From NCBI GenBank assembly GCA_013239625.1, contig MU053557.1:5343842-5407841 (forward strand): DNA of 64,000 nucleotides, given 5' to 3'. The translations under genes and the position numbers were made by a program. Positions within the stretch are counted from its first letter, which is position 1, and every line of letters starts with the position of its first letter. This stretch comes from Lama guanicoe. Its lineage: Eukaryota. Positions 52,881-64,000 of the stretch are shown here, piece by piece. The notes under the pieces were generated by a model that saw only the letters and a list, made by a program, of their open reading frames with translations, was not told the origin of the DNA and searched no databases.

Positions 52881-54583
52881 TGGTAATTGGCATTTTTTAA
52901 GGCAGGCATATGTTACATAAGTACTTTTATAAAAGGAATTTTCAATTCTTATGAAGCTGAATGAGAAACTGAAATAAAAGAGGCCTTGGGGAGACACTGC
53001 CCTAATTCAAAGGGGCATTAATGGGGGCTGTGGGCCCCTCATCAGCTGAGGGTCAGGGCCCCGGGAGCAGAAGCTTTCAGTCCTTCGCTCTTTTTCCGGG
53101 AACAAGGACCCTGGCTGTGTATAGGGTGGTGGAAGAATTGTGTAGTCGAGTGGCTCATCGTCTGCGGGGAAAATTCCAGCTCACCCATTCCCATGGGCCC
53201 GCCTGAGTGGCGAGGCTGGGAGGCAGGAGCCAGCAGAGGCTGACCTATGGCTCCCAGTCCTCCATCTCCCACACCCCACCTGCACAGGGGCCTGTGGGTT
53301 CCAAGCGCTCCACCAGACTCTATTATGTTTACCGAGCCCTCAGATTCACTTCGCCCTTTCCCCTCCTCAGCACTTTCCCACCCTTTCCCGTGGGGACACA
53401 TAGCATGAGGTCTGGAGCTGGGAGACAGGGCTCCCTACTCCCCAGCCCTGCAGCCTGGGCTGACCTGCACCTCCCTGAGCCCTGACCCCAGAGTCAGCCA
53501 GGCCCAGCTCCCACCCATCCCTGCCACACCCACAGATGACCTTGGGCAAATCCCTTGACCCTCCTCCCGGAACCCGGTTTCCCCTTTGTAATACGAGGAT
53601 GATCATAGTCCCTGGTTCATAGGGTGGATGTGAGAGAACATGTGCGCGGCAACAGGTGGCCCTGGAACGTAGTAACCGTTCAGCAAGTGGAAGCCAGCGG
53701 TTTATCCTCCTTTCCCTCTTGTGGTGTCATCAGCCCCATTTATTGCTGGGAAAATGGAAACCAGAGGCGGTCTAATCCACCCAAGGCCCCACGAGGAGCA
53801 GGCCTGGGGGAGGGAGCCAAGGTCCCCTGACCCCCAGATGGAGGCCTTTCCCACTGACAAGGATAATCCCCACCCGGAATGTGGTTGTTTCATGTCTTTA
53901 CAGGGCAGATCACCTCCTACCATAGCCAGGAGAGGAGGGGCCACAGGCTCTGAGGCCAGGACCCCCAGGAGGGTGGGGTTTTCATGGCCAGGCCCTGCGG
54001 CGGGCAGGGTTTCCCCTGGTGTGGCTCAGCTGCCCCTGAGTTGGCGGCTGGGCCCATGAGTCAGAGCTGCCCCACATCTCTGTCCCTCTCCCCACTGGCA
54101 GCCATGACCTCAGACTTCTGGAGGCTGTCCAGGGAGGCCTGGGGCTCCAAAATGAGGTGCTGGTCCCCAGAAACAAACTGAGATGCCCCTTCCCCAGCTT
54201 AGAGAGAGTAAGGAATGGCCAAGGTCACTCAGCAAGGTGTGACAGATCTCAGGCTGAAACCCAATTCCACCTCAGGTGACCCCTCCCAAAGGGCCCAGGT
54301 GGGAGGGCCAGGAAGCCCCAGGCTGGCTTCGGGCAGCTCTGTTGCCCTGGCCCCATGCTGCTGCCAGGCCTCCCAGGCCCAGGCTGGGCAGTGGAGCCTA
54401 CAGCCTGCACCGAGCCGGCCAGTGGATATCAGACACCCGGCTCCTGCCAGCCCCACACCACTGAGCTGCTGCAGCCATGAGGGGCCGGCCTGCAGCCCCT
54501 CTGCCCAGCCTGGCTAGACTTCGCTCTCACAGCCACAGCCGGCCCCCCTTTCCCTCCCCTGGCCTTGCCCTGGCCACACTCAC

Positions 54584-54680
54584 CTCCCATCTTCCTCCGT
54601 TCCTCTTCCTCTCTCTCCTTCATCCTCTTCCTCATTGTTTCTGCACCCCGGGGTGCTCCATCCATCTGCCCTGCTCCTAC
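54584..54680 (-). other. CSF1R: Probable CSF1R upstream non-coding exon 1 (start approximate)
   Basis: Purine-rich segment about 0.5 kb past the PDGFRB poly(A) site, ending in GAG|gtgagt; GC boxes at 54787-54801; same position as the human trophoblast exon 1. Confidence 0.55.
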
Positions 54681-55154
54681 GTGAGACCCGACTGCTACTC
54701 ACCAAGGCCTGGGATCCGGGCTTTAGCAGCTGCCTCTCACTGAGCCACAGCAGCCTCAATCAGGGCCCTCGTGCAGAGTGGCTGCAGGGCGGGGGCGGGG
54801 GTGGCCCGGCTTAATAGTTAAAGCCAAAGCACATGGTGGAGCCGGGTGGGGGTGGGGGTAGGAGTCGGGGTGGGGTGAGGCTCAGGCTCCCATCCCAGAA
54901 CTGGGCACAGCAGAGCCAGAAGAGCCTTCTTTCACACCTTGGAAAAGCGAAGCCTAAGGTCCAGGTAGGTACCAGCAAGGTACCAGCAAAGGCCACAGGG
55001 AGCGTGAAAACCCCATCGTACAGATGGAAACGAGACTTGAACTGAAGGGGTCTGTGCCGGGATCCTACAGCTGGGGGAGCCTGTCTGTCCCACGCCACTT
55101 CTGCCACCTCCCGGGCCCAGGGACACAAACCCACGAGACACCACGAAGTCTGTG

Positions 55155-57010
55155 CGTGAGAAGCACCAGGTTTAATATTAAAATCTTTCTCTTAAAAAAA
55201 AAAGTACACAGAGAGGAAAACTTGATGGCATACAAAATAGCACTTCTGTTGTATAAATGTGAGTTAATGTGAGTCCTAAAAATACTTGTAAACCTAGGTG
55301 ATTACATCTTTGGTACCGTAGTGAGAACACACCTTCTCCTTGACCAGACTTCGGTGGTCCTAGGACAGGGAGGTGCGAACCAGCACAGGGGGCTGGTGCC
55401 CAGAGCCGCTGACCTTCTCTCATCCCCCTTCTGGCCCTTCCCCTGCCAGCGGTCTGGGCCACAGCCCTCACTCCCCTGGCACCTCCAGAGCCCACTGGAC
55501 TGGCAGTGACAGTGAGGTGAGCATCCTGGGGCAGTCAAAGCCATCTCCCATGGTTCCTGCCTCAGGGTAGGGCAGCTGTCCGGTGGGAAAGCAACTTCCA
55601 AAGTACCCACCTCTTGCGCCCCTTTCTTAGGTCCCTCATCCAAGGCTTCTTGTCCTTTCTCTGTCCTTTATGTCTGTGGCACAGGCCTGGACAGCAGATC
55701 CTGGCATGCTGGGCTGCACCAGATGGCCTGACCTGCGATCTCTGCCACCTCTGCCCAGGATAGCTCCAGAGGTCATGTAGGTGCTGAAAGGGGTCCCATG
55801 GTCTCCCCATGTCCATGGGGCAGCTGCTAGGGGATCTCCAGGACACTGGCTGTCACTTATAGTCAAGGCCTGGGCAGCTGGCCTTTTGGGACTAGCCAGG
55901 GGTCTGGGGAAGGGGCACAGTTCCTGAATGCCCAGAGTATGATCTGTGGTCTGGAATCTCCCCAGGCCCTGGCTGACCCCTAGGATAGAGGTTTGGGGTG
56001 TTTTGCTTTGCTTCATCCGAGCAAGTATGCAGCTCCTGGAATATTCTAGAATGCTAGTGCTGGCAGGGCACCAGAAGTCAGAGTCCAACCTGCTAATTTG
56101 TCAACAGGGAAAACAGGCCCCGGGAGGGTGAGGGATTCCTCCAAGGTCTCCTGGCGGGTCCAGTACACATACTGGTCCATATATAGGTCCACATGTGCGT
56201 ACACTTCTTGCAGGCACGTCAATACACTCAACAAAGACGTGGGGCTTGTCTGGCCCTGGGGACTCTGGTGAGTGGATTAAGACTGGCAGTGATGAAGAAA
56301 AAGGCCCCTAGACTCAAGGGGCCAAGAAGACACGGACACAGGCACTTTTATGGGGAGGTGTACCCCGAGTGCCCGGGGCAGGGGCTCCAGGCCAGGGTGT
56401 CCTGTACTTGGCTCAGCCCCCAGCACTAATTAAGCACAGAAGGCCCCAGACCAGCTTGGGCCTGGGGAAGCAAAGACTGGCATCGGTGGGAGGTGGCTTC
56501 TGGATGAGGAAATACTGTCCAAGGCCAGGCCCCAGCTCAGCCCGGAGCCAGGAATGCTAGGGTCCCCTCCCCAGCTCTTGGGGAGATAAAAGTGCAGGGA
56601 GAGAGCTGCAGCTCCTTGAGGGGCAGCTGGCTGAACAGAAAAAAAAAGTGAATTTACCACCTCATGAACCTTGAGAATCTCTGCAGGGATTCCCACCTCC
56701 ACATCTGCCAGCCAGGGAGAGAGTCCCAGATCGTGAGTCACCAGGCCCACCTTTCCCATCTTACAGATGGGGAAACTGAGTCCCCTGGGAGAATCCTGGC
56801 TCAGAGTCACATGGCCTCCCCAGAGGCAGAGGGCTGGTCCCGGCCCCTGCAGTCCTCTTCCCTCCTAAGCCAGCCCCAGGGGTTGGGGTGTGACATGCCA
56901 GGGGCAAAAGCTTTCCAGAAGGGGACAGCTGATGGAAGGCCAGGCCGGGAGGCGCAGGGTGCTGGGAGGTAGAGGGGGAGCTTCGGGCAGGGGAAGGTGG
57001 GGACCAGCCC
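55155..57010 (-). other. PDGFRB: PDGFRB 3' UTR (end approximate)
   Basis: Between TAG stop and ATTAAA; miR-9, miR-34 and miR-30 seed matches. Confidence 0.75.
55171..55176 (-). terminator. PDGFRB polyadenylation signal ATTAAA
   Basis: Minus strand ttttaatATTAAAcctggtgcttc after an AU-rich UTR end; GT-rich downstream. Confidence 0.75.
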
Positions 57011-57188
57011 CTACAGGAAGCTGTCTTCCGCCTCAGCCCGAGGCCCGGGGCAGCTTGAATCCGGCGACCGCTCTGGCTCTGGCTCTGGCCCCACCTGGCA
57101 CCCAGGCTGGGGCTCTGGTTCCTCTTGAGGCTCCAGGGGGCTGTCACAGGAGATGGTAGACGAGGTGTTGACTTCATTCAGGGTGGAG
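57011..57188 (-). CDS. PDGFRB: PDGFRB exon 23 (terminal, PDZ motif DSFL)
   Basis: [21 protein letters not shown]...AEAEDSFL*. Confidence 0.95.
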
Positions 57189-58493
57189 CTAGAGGGGGAA
57201 GGCAAGCGAGTGAGGGGCTAGGAGGGAACCACAGTGAAACAGTAACAGCACCGATGTAGAGTGTTTTATCTGTCCGACCTCACACCACGCACCTTACACA
57301 CTTGAGCTCACGGAACCCTTGTAAACACTACGCAAGGCAGGCACGACGAAGAAAGTACAGCTCAGAGAGGTTATGTCATTACCCTGCATCACACAGCAGG
57401 TAAGCATAGGAACTGGGACTCCAGAGCAGTCCCAGTTGACTCCAAAGTTCATTGTTCACCCATCAGTGTCTTCATCTCCCGTGTGCCTGAATGTGTAATG
57501 ATCTCAGTTAATCCCCACAACAACCTCCAAATAGAACTATTGTTTTCATCTGAGATGAGGAAACTGAGGTTCAGAGAGGGGAAGCAGCTTGTCTGAGGGC
57601 ACGGAACAGCACTAGCACTCACACCCTAAGCTGTTTGGATTCTGAGCTTAGTTCCACTGCACACTGGCTACCTGGAGCCTTGGAATATTAGCTTCTTAAA
57701 CAGAGTGGGGAGGGCCTTCTAAGTCCTGTGTGTGCACATGGAGAGGCTCGCAGCGAAGGTGCCTGGTGGGGTCCCGCAGCAGCTACTGGCAGAGCTGGAG
57801 CTGGAACCCAGGCTGGGGCCCCTGCCACCTCGCCACAGGGTGGACCTGGTTTTGGGTGTGGGTCTGGCCTCAAGGGGAACCCTTCTCTCCGGCTGAGGGC
57901 AGACCCTGTGTGAACATCAGCTCCACACGAGAGCCAGGCCGTCCTCTGTGACCCTCCCCACACTGTAACTCCACCACAACCCAAGGCAAAGGAAAAGCAT
58001 GGATCTCCTCCCTAGTCTGAATTCTGGCCTGAACTCCTGTAGACACCTCTGCCTCCTACAACTGTGCCAGGCTCCCTGGGAGCCTCAGGGCGTGGTGCTG
58101 AAGGACAGACCGCAGCCCTAGGGCTGGCGATGACTGCAGAGCAGGACGTGGGGTGCTGGGACGCCAACAAGATTTTCCTCTTGTCCTCCTTAGGGGTAGA
58201 TGGGGGCCTAGAGAGGGGACAGAGTAGATGACCTCTGGGGACTCCTTTAAAGGGAACAGCTACCTCGCAATTAAGTCCCAGCCCTTTTTCTCTCTTACCA
58301 GCCTGCCCCTTTCACCTGAGGTCATCAAAGTTCAAATGGATTCAATTCCCTCTTCTGATCGCTGGCGGAAATATGTACCTATCCTTGGTAACTTACTTCT
58401 AAGGCAGGCCCAATGGCAGGAAGACATGGACAGATACACACACACACATACGCCACACACACTACTGCTTCGGGCCACACGTCAGCGTGGCTA

Positions 58494-58763
<270 letters not shown>

Positions 58764-59448
58764 TCAGACCAGAAATGCCTTTAGGGATCATCTGACAGAT
58801 TCTGACCCAGCCCTTATAAATAAGGCAACTGGTGCTCAGACAGGAGGGAGAATTGCACAAAGCCACGTGGCTGAGCTGGCCTCCCACAAGGCAAGGTGCG
58901 TTCAGGGCCACCCAGGGAGGGGGCAGTGATCAGACCAGCACCTGCGACCCTAAATTTCCCCCATTTCGGGTAGACAGGTGTGGGCTCTTGGCCTGCCACG
59001 TCCTCCTTCGCTGGGGCCTCAGTTTCCCTTGCTACTGAATGGGGACAACTCCACTCCATCCACTGGTCCCAGGGCCGTAACCAGATGTGGCTGGGAGTGG
59101 GCTTAGGAACGGGCTGAGGGAAAGGGCCGAGTCTGGGCCAGAGGACATGTGCATTTCCTTACTGTAGCTTCATAGCTGGGCAGGGAGGGTTTTAAGGCCC
59201 TGCTGGCTCTATTTGCCTTGCACGAGCCTGCAACAGGCCCCTAGTGGTCAACTAGGCTGGGGTTATTCAGACTTATGAAGGAGGCACGGGATTTAGCCTG
59301 AGCGCAGAGGCCTGGGGAAGGATGCAGGAAGGAGGAGGGTGCAGGCTCCCTGCCCTCACTTTAAATCAATCAGCTTCCATTGAGGATTTCACTTTTAAAA
59401 ACTCCGTGCCTCGAAAATCAATTATTCACAGCTCTAGCCCATTTTTTA

Positions 59449-59736
<288 letters not shown>

Positions 59737-60237
59737 TCACGGTCCACCGCCTCCCAGCACAAGGTGAGTAGTGAGAGGAGCTGGGAGCGGAGGAGGGGAG
59801 GGTTGTCCCATCATTGTGCCTGGACGCTCCCTTGGGAAGCCCTCTCTCCTCCCCTAGTTCAGTGGCTCTGTGGGGTTGATCACACCTTGGTGACATGTGA
59901 CCCAGGTCTGGCCAGTAGGAGTTTTCATCCCCTCAGCTCAGGGGTGGGCTCTGGATGGGTGTGTGACCCCAGCTGAGCCTTGGCAATCAGCTCTGGGCCT
60001 TTCACTGGAGCTGTGGGGAAAGCAGCTGGGGCGTGGCCATTGGGATGGCTCCAGCCTGAACGTGAGGCTGGCAAGGAAGAAAGCAGAGCCCAGGAGTGGA
60101 AGGAGAGATTGTGGATGACCTCATCTGAACACCTGGATCTGGTTATACCTAGATTTTTCTAGATCTCTGAACTCAGTGGGTAAAGCTGGGTATCAGTGGC
60201 CTGCACCCAAAAAAAATCTTCCCAAACGGTCCACTCA

Positions 60238-60402
<165 letters not shown>

Positions 60403-60648
60403 TCAGCAGGACAGGGAGAGGCACACCAGCCCTGGCAGGGGTGAGGGGTGAGGGGTGAGGTGGCCTTGGCACTGGGCAATGTGGGTTCCCTCAAAGGCCC
60501 TGGACAGAGGCCACATCCCTCCCCAGAATCAGAGAACCAGAGAACATCCAAGCCAAGCAGGCTTTTTGACATAACTGTCCAAACCCATCTATATACTCAG
60601 ATAGGGAGGTAAAGAGTCCCAAAGAGGGCAAGAGACTTGCCAAGGTCA

Positions 60649-61167
<519 letters not shown>

Positions 61168-61616
61168 TCATGGAACAGGCCCCCTTCCTGACCCCAGGAG
61201 AAGCCTCTGGCTGAGGTGGTAGGCGTCGGGGAGGCAGGGACGTGGCAAAGTGCCACCCAGCTCTCACCTGGCTGCCTTGCATCCCTGCAGCTCTGGGTCA
61301 CTGACCCCATGTGGAAAGTGGGGATATGACCGGGAGGCAAGATGGTCACGTTTTAACCAAATACGGCCTCCCACCTACTCATCTGTCTTAGCCTGTCACT
61401 GAGACTTCTTCCTCTGCCCATCACCACTGCTGGGATGGCGCATTTGGCCTGTTCCCCCTCCAACCAGCCCAGGACCCATTACAGCTAGTCCCTCGCCCCC
61501 TGCCATGACCAGCAAACCTGAGCCCCCAGCCAACCCTACAACCCTCGGTGTCTCTCCCCTACCCCAACCCCGTGCACAGCTGCTGGCTCCCCTTCCTGTC
61601 CCTGCTGGGCAGGTCA

Positions 61617-62228
<612 letters not shown>

Positions 62229-62750
62229 CTATCTTTGGTTTGTGGAGGCTGAATGTCCCAAAGAGGTGACTCCTGATCCTCTAAGCCTCCCCAAAAAGGA
62301 AAACAATTTCCAAATATCTGACTTAAACTCTCCAACTTTATCAGAGCCCTCACTGGCCAGAAAAACTCTTGCCATTAGCCATGGCCATCTTTGCTCAGCC
62401 CAGCCTGTCGGCTCTGCAGGGGCTCTAGATTGGCCTGGGGCCGGCTCTGAGCGGACTGCTCTTCCCCAAGGCCCCAGGAGGCCAGGTACTTCCACCCTCT
62501 CCCCTCCCCTCCCCTCCCTGAGGGCTGTTTGCACATCTCTGGACCCAGAAACAGGGGTTCAGATTGCAGCTCCACACCACAGCAGCTTAGGCCGGGTGGC
62601 CAGCCTCAGTTTCTGCATCTATGAAGTGGGCACATGGCCATCTTCCTTGCAGGGTTGTTGCCAGGCTGGGCAGGATCAAGGTTTTGAAAAGGATGCACGA
62701 CTGCACAGGTGCAGGGGCCATGCAGGTGTGAGGAGCCCGTGCATACCTAC

Positions 62751-62911
62751 CAGAGGGGACGTAGTTATCGTAAGGAGCCATGTAGTTGGAGGACTCGATG
62801 TCTGCGTATTTGACATCCCCTTTCATGTCCAGCATGGGCACGTAGTCCACTGACTCATCCTTGCTCATGTCCATGTAGCCGCCGTCACTCTCCCCGGGCA
62901 GGGACACGTGG
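62751..62911 (-). CDS. PDGFRB: PDGFRB exon 16 (kinase insert, YMDM/YVPM)
   Basis: 161 nt; [30 protein letters not shown]...YDNYVPS. Confidence 0.96.
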
Positions 62912-63957
62912 CTGGGGGCAGAGGAGTATCACAGGAGAGGCACAGGCTCTCCCCTCTCCTCCCTCTCCTGCCCCTCTGCTCATCCCTGGGGCCTGCAAGG
63001 CTCTGTCACTCATGTATTTCTTCTCTCCCTCCCTCCCACCCCTAGTCTGTCACAATATGAATGACCAGGTAGAGAGCCCTTCCAGCCAACCTCAGACCCA
63101 CCCTGAGCTGGGCACTGGGGCTGCCAAGATGACATAAGTCCCAGGGCATGTCCTCAGAGAACTCACACCCAGGGGTGATTACAGCACCCCAGGACAAGGG
63201 TCACAAGAAGGGCCTGTACCCAGATGTCTTTCTGGGGCCTGTAAAGTACTGTGCAGCCATGATGCCCTGCGAGTGGGCAATGATTGCCTTAGTGCCTCTG
63301 CCTGCAGCTTCAGCTCCCCAGAGAGCTGCAGGACTATGTCCATATGTGCCTCTAGGGGGAGGGAAGGAAATCAGTCAAAATGTTGGGGAGGACATGGGTT
63401 AATGCTATTCTGAAGTTACTCTTATCTCTGCAATAAACATGTATTGCTTTTGTGATCAGCCAAAGAATGAAGAAATGTTATTTTTGGAAAAGAAGAAGAA
63501 AGGGGTTGAGCTGCCCTGGGGGCAGTGGAGAGACTGGTGTGTGGAGGGAGTGGGGAAGCCACGGTGAGGGAGCAGAAGAGTGTGGAGCCAGACAGTGAGG
63601 GTCGCCTGGGACAGGAGGGCGCTGGGTGCTCCCCATGGAGGGGGAGAAGGTAACAGGACACGAGATGGGGCAGGGTGAGGGGTCAAGAGGTCACATGTGC
63701 AGAGTGCTCAGCATGGAGCCTGGCACACCTTGGACAGTCAGTAGGTGGTCCCCCCCATCATCACGGTCATGACTGTCATGCCCTCATCTGGGGTGGCAGA
63801 GGCCCAGGTCTCAGGCTGACTGGGGAGACAAGTGAAACCTGGCTCCAGGAGTGACTCTGCCCACCCTGGTCTCAGCCTCCTGTCCTGGACAAGGAGGGAG
63901 TGAGCAGGCGCTCCTCAGGGCCCCCACGGACTCAGGTCCTGGCCCCCCTCCTGGCAC

Positions 63958-64000
63958 CTGAGCAGCGGGAGCCCGCCGGGCAGGGCGTTGCTGTAGAGCT
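63958..64000 (-). CDS. PDGFRB: PDGFRB exon 15, 3' part (cut by window edge)
   Basis: LYSNALPGGLPLL then AG|gtgcca; in phase with exon 16. Confidence 0.85.

Noticed and set aside
37261..54583. RPL7 processed pseudogene and THE1B LTR known from the human CSF1R upstream intron
   Set aside because: Neither is recognisable here, consistent with a non-primate genome.
57757..57870. Possible partial duplicate of PDGFRB exon 23 in intron 22
   Set aside because: Only about 14 nt (acccaggctggggc) are shared, which is expected by chance in GC-rich DNA.
59236..59251. CTCF-like TGACCACTAGGGGCC (and weaker matches near 31548 and 34000)
   Set aside because: Mismatches at core positions; cannot be supported without a PWM scan or ChIP data.

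Overview
Mammalian genomic DNA, probably a camelid (two Vic-1-like tRNA-derived SINEs). It covers the HMGXB3 - CSF1R - PDGFRB cluster. Plus strand: the last four coding exons and 3' UTR of HMGXB3. Its last intron is about 95% filled by a ~4.9 kb purine-rich mosaic repeat that includes a 300-N gap. Minus strand: a complete CSF1R gene with 21 coding exons (2898 nt including stop, 965 aa, all introns GT-AG), its macrophage promoter, the FIRE enhancer and a probable upstream non-coding exon 1. Also on the minus strand are the last nine coding exons of PDGFRB. CSF1R intron 1 holds L1 fragments and a decayed, sense-oriented ERV1-class provirus whose 3' LTR lies about 3.1 kb upstream of the exon 2 acceptor. 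The strongest leads are the GA-rich array seeded with splice-donor hexamers, the sense LTR with a kB-like palindrome, a recursive-splice motif at CSF1R exon 13, a palindromic two-way poly(A) signal, and a one-residue deletion between the PDGFRB Y1009/Y1021-equivalent tyrosines. All comparisons with human or mouse sequence are from memory and need alignment. Exon numbers follow human usage.
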